NCBI GenBank assembly: GCA_017455185.1 | Contig: JAFTBN010000061.1 | Coordinates: 1 to 62,808 of the forward strand | DNA length: 62,808 bases | Source of the DNA: Clostridia bacterium | Lineage (GTDB): Bacteria > Bacillota > Clostridia > Oscillospirales > CAG-272 | Direction of reading: 5' to 3' | Part shown: piece by piece, positions 47,439 through 57,075 of the stretch | Position numbering within the stretch: position 1 is the stretch's first letter | How the letters are laid out: every line of letters starts with the position of its first letter | Made by a program: the position numbers and the translations under genes | Notes under the pieces: model-generated | The model's input: only the letters and a program-made list of their open reading frames with translations | What the model was told of the DNA's origin: nothing | Databases searched by the model: none

Positions 47439-49295
47439 ATGATCAGAGAAGATTTAAGAAATGTGGCGATTATCGCCCATGTCGACCATGGAAAAACCAC
47501 TCTCGTTGACGGCTTGCTCCGTCAGGGAGGCATTTATCGCGAGAATCAGGAGATGGTCAATTGCGTCATGGACTCCGGAGATCTGGAGCGTGAGCGCGGC
47601 ATCACCATTCTGGCAAAAAATACGGCCGTTCACTATAAGGGCGTAAAGATCAACATCGTGGACACGCCCGGGCACGCGGACTTCGGAGGAGAAGTGGAAC
47701 GCGTACTCAAGATGGTTAACGGCGTTATTCTGCTGGTGGACGCAGCCGAAGGCCCGATGCCGCAGACTCGTTTTGTGCTGCAGCGCGCCCTTGAACTGCA
47801 TCATCGCGTAATCGTATGCATCAACAAGATAGACAAGCCGGACGCGCGGCTGGGCGAAGTAGAGGACGAGATTCTGGAGCTTTTGATGGACCTGGACGCC
47901 AGCGACGAACAGCTGGACAGCCCGATGCTGTATTGCTCGGGCCGGTCGGGTACCGCCTCCTACAAGCCGGATGTGCCGGGAGAAGACTTGACTCCGCTGT
48001 TCGATACGATTCTGAATTATATTCCCGCGCCGGAGGGCTCGGAAGACGAACCGCTTCAGATGCTGGTTTCCTCCATCGATTACAACGATTACGTCGGACG
48101 GATCGGAATCGGACGGGTTGAGCGGGGCGTTATCTCGGTCAATCAGCCGATTGCCATTTGCAATTACCACAACCCGGACGCGCCCGTGAAGAGAAGCAAG
48201 GTCGTGGCGCTGTTCCAGATTGACGGACTGGACCGGATTCCGGTTGAAAAGGCCAGAATGGGGGACATTGTCTGCTTCTCGGGGCCCGAGGACATTACCA
48301 TCGGGGACACGGTAACCGACATTTCGGCTCCCGAACCGCTGGAATTTGTCAAGGTGGGCGAACCCACACTGGAAATGACCATTTCGGTCAACAATTCTCC
48401 GTTTGCGGGCAAAGAAGGCAAATACGTTACGTCCCGTCAGCTGCGCGCCAGACTGTACCGGGAACTGCTCAAGGACGTTTCCCTGCGCGTGCGCGATGGG
48501 GAGACAACCGATGAGTTCCTGGTGTCCGGACGAGGAGAAATGCATCTGTCCATTCTCATTGAAACCATGCGCCGGGAAGGTTATGAGATGATGTGCTCCA
48601 ACCCGCGCGTGCTTTACCGGGAAATCGACGGTGTGAAATGCGAACCGATTGAAAAAGTGCTGCTGGACGTCCCGCAGGAATACGTGGGCGTTGTCATTGA
48701 GAAACTCGGACAGCGCAAGGGCGACCTGATTTCTATGACGCCTATCGGAAGCCGTACGCGGATTGAATACAACATTCCGACCCGGTGCCTGTTCGGATAT
48801 CGTTCCGAGTTCCTGACGGCCACTCACGGAGAGGGCATCATGAACTCCGTTTTCGACAGTTATCAGCCGTATCGCGGCGAGGTTGTGATGCGCTTTACCG
48901 GTTCGCTGATTGCATCCGAACAGGGAGAAACCACCCGGTACGGTCTGTTCAATACACAGGAGCGCGGACAGCTGTTTGTCGGTCCGCAGACCCAGGTGTA
49001 CGAAGGAATGATCGTCGGGGAAAACCCGAAGAACGACGATATCGCCGTCAACCCGTGCAAGGAAAAGCATCTGACGGCAATCCGTTCGTCCGGCGCGGAT
49101 GAGAAACTGCTCCTGACGCCTCCGAAGATCATGACGCTGGAAGAGGCCATCGAATTCATCCAGGACGATGAACTGATTGAGGTTACGCCCAAGAGCATCC
49201 GGCTCCGCAAGAAGATATTGAACACGGAACTTCGTATGAAGGATATGATGCGCCGCAGACGCGCCCTGGAAGCCGGACAGTCGGTGAACGGGTAA
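47439..49295 (+). CDS. typA: translational GTPase TypA/BipA
   Basis: 618 aa with [27 protein letters not shown] and NKID. Confidence 0.95.
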   Translation: MIREDLRNVAIIAHVDHGKTTLVDGLLRQGGIYRENQEMVNCVMDSGDLERERGITILAKNTAVHYKGVKINIVDTPGHADFGGEVERVLKMVNGVILLVDAAEGPMPQTRFVLQRALELHHRVIVCINKIDKPDARLGEVEDEILELLMDLDASDEQLDSPMLYCSGRSGTASYKPDVPGEDLTPLFDTILNYIPAPEGSEDEPLQMLVSSIDYNDYVGRIGIGRVERGVISVNQPIAICNYHNPDAPVKRSKVVALFQIDGLDRIPVEKARMGDIVCFSGPEDITIGDTVTDISAPEPLEFVKVGEPTLEMTISVNNSPFAGKEGKYVTSRQLRARLYRELLKDVSLRVRDGETTDEFLVSGRGEMHLSILIETMRREGYEMMCSNPRVLYREIDGVKCEPIEKVLLDVPQEYVGVVIEKLGQRKGDLISMTPIGSRTRIEYNIPTRCLFGYRSEFLTATHGEGIMNSVFDSYQPYRGEVVMRFTGSLIASEQGETTRYGLFNTQERGQLFVGPQTQVYEGMIVGENPKNDDIAVNPCKEKHLTAIRSSGADEKLLLTPPKIMTLEEAIEFIQDDELIEVTPKSIRLRKKILNTELRMKDMMRRRRALEAGQSVNG

Positions 49296-49316
49296 GGCTC
49301 GGACGGAGGTGAAAAT

Positions 49317-50675
49317 TTGAAAGTTGGATTTGTGTCGCTCGGATGCCCGAAGAATCAGATGGATACGGAAGTGATGCTGCACGAGGTGCTGGACGCGGGA
49401 TATGAAATTACACCCGATGAAACCCAGGCCGACGTCGTCATCATCAATACCTGCGCGTTTATCGAAAGCGCAAAGAGGGAATCCATCGACAACATTCTGG
49501 ACATCGCCTGGCTCAAGGAACATAAAAGTCTGAAGGCGATTATCGTGACCGGCTGCCTTGCAGAGCGGTACAGGGACGAGATTTTCAAGGAAATGCCTGA
49601 AGTGGACGCGGTTCTGGGCGTCGGAGGAATTCACCATATTGTCGACGCCGTCAAAGCGGTCACCGCTCCAAAGGGTAAAAAGGCCTATTCGTGCTATGAT
49701 CCGAAGGAGACCGTTGCGCTGGGCGGGGAACGCATCCTGACCACGCCGGAGTTCGCGGCCTATATGAAAATCGCCGAAGGGTGCGACAACCGCTGCACCT
49801 ATTGCGCCATTCCGTATATCCGCGGCCCGTTCCGCTCCCGTCCGATTGAGGATCTGGTGGAGGAGGCGCGTCAATTGGAGGCGCTGGGCGTCAAGGAACT
49901 GACGCTGGTGGCTCAGGACGTCACGCGTTACGGAAAGGATCTGTACCGGCATTACGCGCTGGATGAACTTCTGCGCGCCCTGAGCGATCAGACGAACATC
50001 CCGTGGTTCCGTCTTCTGTATTGCTATCCGGACAAGATGACCGATTCCCTGATCGCTGAGATAAGAGACAACCCGCGGGTGCTCAAGTACGTGGATATCC
50101 CGCTGCAGCATGTCTCCGAGCATGTGCTCAAGGCCATGAACCGTCATGGCGGAAGCGAACTGGTGCGCGCAACCGTGAAGAAATTGCGTCAGGAGATTCC
50201 GGGCATTGTGCTCCGCACGACGTTTCTGGTCGGATTCCCAGGCGAGACCGAGGAAGATTTCGAGGAACTGTGCGAGTTCGTTAAGGAATCCCGGTTCGAG
50301 CATATGGGCGTGTTCCCCTACTCCCGCGAGGAGGGAACTCCGGCCTATGATTACCCGGACCAGATTGACGAGCAGGTCAAGCAGGACCGCGCGGATATCC
50401 TGATGCGCGAACAGCTGCGGATCAACGAGGAAATCAATCAGACTTATATCGGAAAGACCATAGACGTTCTGTGCGAGGATTACGATCCCGTCAGCGAGTC
50501 CTATTTCGGACGCAGCGCGGCCGACGCGCCGGAAATTGACGGGAAAGTGTATTTCAACAGTGAGAAAAAGGTGCCGCAGGGCACGATCCTTCAGGTGAAG
50601 ATCCGCCGGGTTGTCGATTACGATCTGTACGGGTTTGCCGTCGCGAAGAGCGTAAAGGAGGAAAAAACGAAATGA
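49317..50675 (+). CDS. rimO: ribosomal protein S12 methylthiotransferase RimO
   Basis: TTG start after GGAGGTG. Has the UPF0004 N-domain (SLGCPKNQMDTE), the radical SAM CDNRCTYC motif, and a TRAM C-terminus. pgsA lies downstream, the usual synteny. Confidence 0.85.
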   Translation: MKVGFVSLGCPKNQMDTEVMLHEVLDAGYEITPDETQADVVIINTCAFIESAKRESIDNILDIAWLKEHKSLKAIIVTGCLAERYRDEIFKEMPEVDAVLGVGGIHHIVDAVKAVTAPKGKKAYSCYDPKETVALGGERILTTPEFAAYMKIAEGCDNRCTYCAIPYIRGPFRSRPIEDLVEEARQLEALGVKELTLVAQDVTRYGKDLYRHYALDELLRALSDQTNIPWFRLLYCYPDKMTDSLIAEIRDNPRVLKYVDIPLQHVSEHVLKAMNRHGGSELVRATVKKLRQEIPGIVLRTTFLVGFPGETEEDFEELCEFVKESRFEHMGVFPYSREEGTPAYDYPDQIDEQVKQDRADILMREQLRINEEINQTYIGKTIDVLCEDYDPVSESYFGRSAADAPEIDGKVYFNSEKKVPQGTILQVKIRRVVDYDLYGFAVAKSVKEEKTK

Positions 50676-51307
50676 GCAAAATGAATCTGCCGAACAAACT
50701 GACGGTGATGCGTCTTATCATGGTGCCGTTCTTTGTCGTGGTCATGCTTCTGCCTTACCGGACCGAAACGGGATTCGTCGTGACCAGCTTGATTTCGGTT
50801 TTGCTGTTTATCGTCGCATCCCTGACCGATATGCTGGACGGGAAGATTGCGCGGTCCCGGAATCTGATTACCGACTTCGGAAAGTTTCTGGATCCTCTGG
50901 CAGACAAATTCATGGTCATCGGTGCGCTGTGCTGCATTTTGTACCGGTATGGAAACGTAAGGCTCCTGTTTACGATTGCGACGCTGATCGTGGTATTCCG
51001 GGAACTGGCCGTAACTTCCATCCGGCTGGTTGCTTCCACAACTGCCGGCATCGTGGTTCCGGCTCACAAACTGGGCAAAATCAAGACGGTGATGCAGATT
51101 GTCAGTATCTGTGTGACGTTCATTGAGCCTCTGATTTACCTGGGCATTTCCAAAATCGGGTCCAACGCGGGAGCGGATTGGATGATCTGGCTGCAGAAAT
51201 GGGTTCCGCTGACGTATGTGACGACCATCCTGATGGCGGTGCTGACGATTGTCTCGGGAATTCATTACATGCGGGCGTATTGGAAGTATCTCAATCCGCA
51301 GAAATAA
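50672..51307 (+). CDS. pgsA: CDP-diacylglycerol--glycerol-3-phosphate 3-phosphatidyltransferase
   Basis: 211 aa with the CDP-alcohol phosphatidyltransferase motif DMLDGKIAR...GKFLDPLADK. Confidence 0.9.
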   Translation: MSKMNLPNKLTVMRLIMVPFFVVVMLLPYRTETGFVVTSLISVLLFIVASLTDMLDGKIARSRNLITDFGKFLDPLADKFMVIGALCCILYRYGNVRLLFTIATLIVVFRELAVTSIRLVASTTAGIVVPAHKLGKIKTVMQIVSICVTFIEPLIYLGISKIGSNAGADWMIWLQKWVPLTYVTTILMAVLTIVSGIHYMRAYWKYLNPQK

Positions 51308-51350
51308 TCCCCGAAAAACCGGATTTGAGACGTCTGCGCGTGAAATCCAC

Positions 51351-51379
51351 TTGAAAACAAAAAAGGTTCATGCTATAAT
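51351..51379 (+). promoter_or_regulatory. strong candidate promoter upstream of the small repeat protein / mscL
   Basis: TTGAAA (51351-51356), 17 nt, extended -10 TGcTATAAT (51371-51379). Confidence 0.6.
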
Positions 51380-51556
51380 CCATAATGACCGGAATTTATT
51401 GTTGATCAATCCGATGATTCCAAAAAATCCGGCAGCACATTGACAGCTATAAGCAGTTTATAGCGGCCAAAGCCAAATCTTATGAACAAGAAATCGGATC
51501 CGGCACAGCCTTTGAATCGCGCACAAAGACGCGCATATTAAAAGGAGAATCCTTTC

Positions 51557-51766
51557 GTGACAACAGAAGAATATATTAAAGATTTCAACGGCGTGATCAT
51601 CGGTATAGTTGAAACCAAAGATAACGGGGACCAGCTGGTACGTGAATTTTCGACAAGACGTATACTGGGTTATTATATTAAAGACAGAAATCACACAACT
51701 GATTTTATGGGTAGAATACTAACCCAAGGCAATACGGTAATAGCATTGCTTTTTACGCAAAAGTAG
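51557..51766 (+). CDS. small conserved-looking hypothetical protein with three [K/R/T][D/E]F..G.I[L/I]G repeats
   Basis: 69 aa with a GTG start 9 nt after AAAGGAG. Internal repeats are IKDFNGVIIGIVE, VREFSTRRILGYY and TTDFMGRILTQGN. Confidence 0.6.
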   Translation: MTTEEYIKDFNGVIIGIVETKDNGDQLVREFSTRRILGYYIKDRNHTTDFMGRILTQGNTVIALLFTQK

Positions 51767-51823
51767 AAAACATAAAAATGGATTGTTTTGGAACCAAATC
51801 CAAATAATGAAGGAGAAAAGACA

Positions 51824-52384
51824 ATGGCAGAAAAGAAAAAAGGCGGATTTTGGTCTGACTTTAAAGCCTTTATCACTCGCGGGAACGTGATTGATATGGC
51901 AGTCGGTGTTGTAATCGGCGGAGCGTTCGGTAAAATTGTCACCGGCTTAGTCAACTACATCCTGAACCCGATTATCGGTTTGATTACGGGCGGTGTGGAT
52001 CTCGACAATGTTAAGACCGTTTTGGTTGCGGAAGAAAAGGCAATCGAAGATGGCGTCGAAGTCGTAACCCAGCCTGAGGTGGCTTTGATGTGGGGTCTGT
52101 GGATTCAGACCATCATCGATTTTGTGTTGGTGGCCCTCTTTATTTTCCTTATGCTTCGCATTATGATGAAAGCTTCCAAAGCGGCACACGCAAAGGAACT
52201 TGCCGAAAAGGCGAAGGCAGAAGAAGAAGCGGCTGCCAAAGCAGCGGAAGAGAAGAAAGCGGCAGACGCAGCTGCAGCAGAAGCGGCAGCGCAGGCAGCT
52301 GCTCGTCAGAAGGCGCTGGAAGACAGTTTGCTCAACCAGGAAAAACTGCTGGCAGAGATTTGCGATACTCTGAAGAAGAAATAA
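51824..52384 (+). CDS. mscL: large-conductance mechanosensitive channel MscL with Ala/Glu/Lys-rich C-terminal extension
   Basis: Track ORF 51788..52384. ATG 51824 follows GAAGGAG. Has FKAFITRGNVIDMAVGVVIGGAFGKIV. 186 aa. Confidence 0.9.
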   Translation: MAEKKKGGFWSDFKAFITRGNVIDMAVGVVIGGAFGKIVTGLVNYILNPIIGLITGGVDLDNVKTVLVAEEKAIEDGVEVVTQPEVALMWGLWIQTIIDFVLVALFIFLMLRIMMKASKAAHAKELAEKAKAEEEAAAKAAEEKKAADAAAAEAAAQAAARQKALEDSLLNQEKLLAEICDTLKKK

Positions 52385-52405
52385 GAGGAAACGCTCTGTT
52401 TGAGG

Positions 52406-52435
52406 GAAGCCGCCTGTTGTTGGGCGGCTTCTTTC
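52406..52435 (+). terminator. intrinsic terminator after mscL
   Basis: 9-bp stem GAAGCCGCC / GGCGGCTTC with an 8-nt loop, followed by TTTC. Confidence 0.7.
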
Positions 52436-52491
52436 AAATGAACGCGGGATTCCGAACGGAAAGATCAATCTGTACAGGATGAGGAACGGGC

Positions 52492-53712
52492 ATGAAGAAA
52501 ACCATGGATGAGCTGTTTTCCCAAACGGGAGCCATCCGCAAAAGGACCTGGGCGGAAATCGACCTGGACGCGGCAAAACAGAATTATCTGTTCCTGCAGA
52601 GCCGTCTTTGCGGCGGAGCGAAAATGTGCTGCGTCATCAAGGCGAACGGATACGGACACGGCGCGGTTGAACTGGCTCGTTTGTACGAGGCATTGGGGGC
52701 GGCGTTTTTCGCGGTTTCCAATCTGGAGGAGGCGCTGCAGCTCAGGGAAGCGGGACTGAAATTGCCGGTTCTGATTCTCGGATATACGCCGCCTGCCTGC
52801 GCACCGCTTCTGGCGAGGTACGATATCCGTCAATGCGTGTTCTCTTCCGAATATGGACAGGCGCTGTCCGGTGAGGCGGTCAGGAGCAAGTGCGAAGTGA
52901 CCGTGCACATCAAACTGGATACGGGCATGGGCCGGATCGGATTTTTATGCCGGGGACGGCAGAGACAATGCAAAGAGGCGGCGCAGGTCTGCCGTCTGCC
53001 CGGATTGAAGCCGGAAGGGGTTTTTACGCATTTTTGCGTTGCCGACGAGGCACAGGGCCAATCCGCCACAAACGCGCAATTTGAGGCCTTTCTGAACGGA
53101 ATTGAGGCCATTGAAAAGGAAAGGGTCCGGTTTGAAATCCGGCATTGCGCAAACAGCGCGGCCATTCTGGCCTACCCCCGTACGCATCTGGATATGGCCA
53201 GGGCGGGCATTTCGCTTTACGGGCTGGCTCCGTCCCGGGATCTTGAGAATCAGGCTTCGGTTGTGCCCGTGATGACATTGAAATCCGTGATTGCGCACAT
53301 CAAGGATGTGCAGCCCGGCGAAACGGTCGGATACGGCGCGACATACGTCGCGAGTGAAACAAGAAGAGTGGCAACGGTCTGCATCGGATACGCGGACGGG
53401 CTTCCGCGTTTGTGCGGGCAGGGACGGTACGCCTTCCTTGTCTCGGGGTGCAAAGCTCCGATTCTCGGCCGGGTCTGCATGGATCAGGTGATGATTGACG
53501 TAACCGGTATAGACTGTACGCCCGGGGACGAGGTGGAAATCTTCGGAAGGCATCCCGGCTTTACGGCCGAGGATTTGGCAAGCGCCGCCGGCACCATCGG
53601 ATATGAGACGGTGTGCGACGTCGGCATTCGGGTTCCCCGGATTTACATCCGGGATGGGAAAGCCGTGGAGTTGACCGATTTGCTTTTCAGCGGCGCTGAG
53701 AGTGTAGGATGA
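52492..53712 (+). CDS. alr: alanine racemase
   Basis: 406 aa with the PLP-lysine motif VIKANGYGHG and a C-terminal beta domain containing VSYG-like VGYGATY. Confidence 0.9.
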   Translation: MKKTMDELFSQTGAIRKRTWAEIDLDAAKQNYLFLQSRLCGGAKMCCVIKANGYGHGAVELARLYEALGAAFFAVSNLEEALQLREAGLKLPVLILGYTPPACAPLLARYDIRQCVFSSEYGQALSGEAVRSKCEVTVHIKLDTGMGRIGFLCRGRQRQCKEAAQVCRLPGLKPEGVFTHFCVADEAQGQSATNAQFEAFLNGIEAIEKERVRFEIRHCANSAAILAYPRTHLDMARAGISLYGLAPSRDLENQASVVPVMTLKSVIAHIKDVQPGETVGYGATYVASETRRVATVCIGYADGLPRLCGQGRYAFLVSGCKAPILGRVCMDQVMIDVTGIDCTPGDEVEIFGRHPGFTAEDLASAAGTIGYETVCDVGIRVPRIYIRDGKAVELTDLLFSGAESVG

Positions 53713-53773
53713 GAAAGAGCGATCGGGCGAGTGGAACAAACAGGCAGCCGTCTTGTGCGGATTGCCGTCGGAA

Positions 53774-54550
53774 ATGAGGACAGATGTGGTTTGGCAAACG
53801 GTATTATGCGCCCTGATCGGGTATCTGGTGGGCGGTATCAATCCTTCCTACATTATAGGCAGGATACGGGGAATTGACATTCGGAAGACGGGCAGCGGAA
53901 ACGCGGGCGCGTCCAACGCCGTGATTATTCTCGGCGCGAAGGCGGGTGTTTTCTCCATGATTTTTGATATAGCAAAGGCCTATCTGGTTGTCCTTATGGC
54001 ACAGAAAGGATTCCCGGACGCGGCGCTGTTTGCGCCCGAGCTGGCTGCGGCCTGCTGCATTCTGGGGCATATTTTTCCCGTTCTGATGCGGTTTCACGGA
54101 GGAAAAGGGCTGGCCTGCCTGGGGGGCGCGATTCTGCGCTTTGACTGGAGGCTTTTCCTGATTCTTCTGGGCGTGGAGATCGTCATTCTGCTGGTCAGCA
54201 ATTATTTGTGCTTCGTTCCGATTTCGGCTTCCATCATCTACCCGATTGTACACGGACTTACCGGAACGGAGACGGGCTGGATCGGCTCGCTGTTCCTTTG
54301 CGCCGCAAGCGCGGGCATCATATACAAGCACGCCAAGAACATCCGGAAGATTTTCAAGGGAACCGAGATGCGGTTCAGTTATCTTTGGATGAGTCCCGAA
54401 AAGAAGGAAAAAGAGCGGGAACGGATCCGGAAAAACGGTGGGGAGATCAAAGGGCTGCCGTCCGTGGAAGCGGCAGGCGAGTCCGAAACTGAACTTGCCG
54501 AAGAAGAGAGATCAGAAAAGGCAGAAGATAAAAACGGGGACATTTCATGA
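53774..54550 (+). CDS. plsY: glycerol-3-phosphate acyltransferase PlsY with charged C-terminal tail
   Basis: Track ORF 53753..54550. The first ATG is at 53774. Has GYLVGGINPSYIIGR, the GSGNAGASNA motif, HIFPV and GGKG. Start codon is uncertain. Confidence 0.85.
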   Translation: MRTDVVWQTVLCALIGYLVGGINPSYIIGRIRGIDIRKTGSGNAGASNAVIILGAKAGVFSMIFDIAKAYLVVLMAQKGFPDAALFAPELAAACCILGHIFPVLMRFHGGKGLACLGGAILRFDWRLFLILLGVEIVILLVSNYLCFVPISASIIYPIVHGLTGTETGWIGSLFLCAASAGIIYKHAKNIRKIFKGTEMRFSYLWMSPEKKEKERERIRKNGGEIKGLPSVEAAGESETELAEEERSEKAEDKNGDIS

Positions 54551-54599
54551 AAATGTCCCCGGTTTTGAAGAAAGCGGCACCGGGATCCGGTGCCGCTTT
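54536..54599. terminator. two tandem hairpins forming a bidirectional terminator between plsY and glnN
   Basis: GGGGACATTT-catga-AAATGTCCCC (54536-54560) then GGTTTT. AAAGCGGCACCGG-gat-CCGGTGCCGCTTT (54571-54599) is flanked by A/T runs. Confidence 0.8.
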
Positions 54600-54610
54600 C
54601 AGGTATGGAA

Positions 54611-56704
54611 TCATTGATTGAACATCATTTCGCCGTAAGTGGGCAGAGGCCAGTATTCGCTGGGCATCAGGGTCTCCAACTCGTCAATCGGCTCGCGCAG
54701 CTGCGCCATGGCAGGGAGCACGCGGTCCTTGTAATAGGCGGCGAGTTTCAGGCCGCTTCCGACCGCTTTTGTCTCGGCTGTCTTCAATGCTTCCAGCGCT
54801 TTGTAGCTCTTGGTTTGCAATTTGATGATCTTGTTGAGCAGATCCTGCTCCACGTAGCAGTCGATCTGCTCTCCGAACGCCTCGCGCTTGGCCCGAACGG
54901 TTTCGGCCAGGTCGCGGATGTATTTTTCCACCGCCGGAATGATCTGCCGGTTGGCGATGACAATCATGGTCTGGGCCTCGATGTTGATCGCTTTGGAGTA
55001 GTTCTCAAGCAGAATGGCCTCGCGCGCGTTCAGCTCGGTCTCGCTCATGACGCCCATTGAAGTGAACAGACGGATGTTTTTCTGGGAAAGAAGCGTCGGA
55101 TAGACGTCCACACAGGTGGGGTAGGAGGAAAGTCCCCTTCGCTCCGCTTCGTGGCGCCATTCCTCGGAATAGCCGTTGCCGTCAAAGACAATTCTCTGGT
55201 GGGCCGTCAGGGTTTCCCGGATGACCGTGCGCACATCCGCGTCAAAGTTGGAAGAACCTTCGAGCTGGTCCGCAAATTCCTTGAGCACTTCGGCGATGGC
55301 CGTGTTGAGAATGACGTTGGGCATCGCGATGTTCTGCGAGGATCCGACCATGCGGAACTCGAATTTGTTCCCGGTAAAGGCGAACGGAGAGGTGCGGTTG
55401 CGGTCGGTGGTATCCTTGTTGAAGACCGGGATGGACGGGATGTGCAGATTCATCTTGTCCTTGCTCTTGTCCTTGTAGGCTTTTCCGTTGATGATGGAAT
55501 CGAAGATCGCGCTCAGTTCCTCTCCGACGAAGACGGATACGACCGACGGCGGGGCTTCGCCCGCGCCCAGACGGTGATCGTTACTGGCCGAGGCGACCGA
55601 CAGACGCATCAGATCCTGATAGCGGTCCACTGCGCACAGAATGGAGGCCAGGAAGAGCAGGAACTGCACGTTTTCGGACGGGGTTTTGCCGGGCCGAAGC
55701 AGATTCTTCCCGGCATCCGTCGCAAGGGACCAGTTGTTGTGTTTGCCCGATCCGTTGACTCCCGCGTAGGGCTTTTCGGAGAGCAGGGCGGCCAGACCAT
55801 GCCTCTCGGCCACCTTCTTGATGTATTCCATGGTCAGCAGGTTCTGGTCTACGGCCAGGTTGCTTGTGGCGAAAATGGGAGCCAGTTCGTGCTGGGAGGG
55901 AGCCGCTTCGTTGTGTTTGGTCTTGGCTTCGATGCCCAGTTTCCAGAGTTCCTCGTCCAGTTCCTGCATAAAGGCGGCGATCTTCGGTTTCAGAGGTCCG
56001 AAATAGTGGTCGTCCATTTCCTGCCCTTTGGGCGCGGATGCGCCGAACAGGGTCCGGCCGCAGTAAATCAGGTCTTTGCGGCGGTCGTAATAGTCCTTGT
56101 TGACCAGGAAGTATTCCTGCTCAGCCCCGACCGTGACGCTGACTCTCCGGGTTGTGGTGTCGCCGAACAGGCGCAGAATGCGCAGAGCCTGGCGGTTAAG
56201 CACGTCCATGGAACGCAAAAGAGGAGTCTTGGTATCCAGGGCTTCGCCCGTATAGGAGCAATAGGCTGTGGGGATATAGAGGGTTCCGTCCTTGACGAAA
56301 GCGTAAGACGCCGGATCCCAGGCGGTATAGCCACGCGCTTCGAACGTTGCGCGAAGGCCGCCGGAGGGGAAGGAGGAGGCGTCGGATTCGCCACGGATCA
56401 GTTCTTTTCCCGAAAATTCCATGACGACTTTGCACTGGCCGACCGAGTTGATAAACGCGTCGTGCTTTTCGGCGGTGACGCCGGTCAGGGGTTGGAACCA
56501 GTGGGTGTAATGGGTGGCGCCTTTTTCCACCGCCCAGTCTTTCATGGCGGAAGCAACCACGTCCGCAATGGACGGGTCGATTTCGGTCCCGGTCTCAATG
56601 GTGGTCATCAGGGATTTGTACACTTCTTTGGGAAGATGCGCCCGCATCACCTCTTCGTTGAAGACCATGCTTCCGAACAATTCAGGAATGTGTTTGTTTG
56701 CCAT
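54611..56704 (-). CDS. glnN: glutamine synthetase type III
   Basis: 697 aa. The N-terminus [27 protein letters not shown] and the length are typical of GSIII. Has a GS catalytic core. Confidence 0.9.
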   Translation of the reverse strand: MANKHIPELFGSMVFNEEVMRAHLPKEVYKSLMTTIETGTEIDPSIADVVASAMKDWAVEKGATHYTHWFQPLTGVTAEKHDAFINSVGQCKVVMEFSGKELIRGESDASSFPSGGLRATFEARGYTAWDPASYAFVKDGTLYIPTAYCSYTGEALDTKTPLLRSMDVLNRQALRILRLFGDTTTRRVSVTVGAEQEYFLVNKDYYDRRKDLIYCGRTLFGASAPKGQEMDDHYFGPLKPKIAAFMQELDEELWKLGIEAKTKHNEAAPSQHELAPIFATSNLAVDQNLLTMEYIKKVAERHGLAALLSEKPYAGVNGSGKHNNWSLATDAGKNLLRPGKTPSENVQFLLFLASILCAVDRYQDLMRLSVASASNDHRLGAGEAPPSVVSVFVGEELSAIFDSIINGKAYKDKSKDKMNLHIPSIPVFNKDTTDRNRTSPFAFTGNKFEFRMVGSSQNIAMPNVILNTAIAEVLKEFADQLEGSSNFDADVRTVIRETLTAHQRIVFDGNGYSEEWRHEAERRGLSSYPTCVDVYPTLLSQKNIRLFTSMGVMSETELNAREAILLENYSKAINIEAQTMIVIANRQIIPAVEKYIRDLAETVRAKREAFGEQIDCYVEQDLLNKIIKLQTKSYKALEALKTAETKAVGSGLKLAAYYKDRVLPAMAQLREPIDELETLMPSEYWPLPTYGEMMFNQ

Positions 56705-56757
56705 CGGGGTCCTTTCCGTTCCGTGTCTGCGCGGAACAACCGGAAGAAATTACGACC

Positions 56758-56786
56758 ATTATAGAAAGGATGAAAAGGCTTGTCAA
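56758..56786 (-). promoter_or_regulatory. consensus sigma-A promoter of glnN
   Basis: Minus strand TTGACA (56786-56781), exactly 17 nt, TATAAT (56763-56758), ~50 nt upstream of the ATG. Confidence 0.7.
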
Positions 56787-57001
56787 GAGGTTTTTGCAAA
56801 TTTCTGAATGATACAAAATTGTTTGATGCATAGAAAAAATGACGAAAATGCAAAATTTTGATATTTTTATAAATTCATTCCTATTATATATTTGATTTTT
56901 TGCATTTTGCAAGATTGTTCTATTAAACTTGCAAATCGTGGGCTTATAGCCAAAAACTTTTTTCGTCTGCCTCATGTGCGCGGGAACGCACGCGCGCGTT
57001 C

Positions 57002-57030
57002 TTGCTTTTCGGGCGGTCTTATGATAGAAT
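57002..57030 (+). promoter_or_regulatory. candidate promoter of the 1130-aa lipoprotein gene
   Basis: TTGCTT (57002-57007), 17 nt, extended -10 TGaTAGAAT (57022-57030). Confidence 0.45.
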
Positions 57031-57075
57031 GGAAGAGCGGGCCGGATACCGACCCGTGCAAAGGGGGACAAGAAC

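Noticed and set aside
47399-47441. Possible 9-codon uORF (TTG 47413, LTEEKSRAV, stop overlapping the typA ATG as ATGA) with AAGGAG 8 nt upstream and a 7-bp hairpin GGCTCTT/AAGAGCC.
   Set aside because: It is too short to evaluate from sequence alone. The SD could simply serve typA after hairpin folding. Noted as a curiosity, not a supported feature.
47454-50303. 949-aa minus-strand ORF, the longest ORF in the track.
   Set aside because: It runs antisense across two independent, strongly conserved plus-strand genes (typA and rimO) and their intergenic RBS. It has no recognisable motifs and an Arg/Gly/His-rich composition typical of a shadow frame opposite GC3-rich coding sequence.
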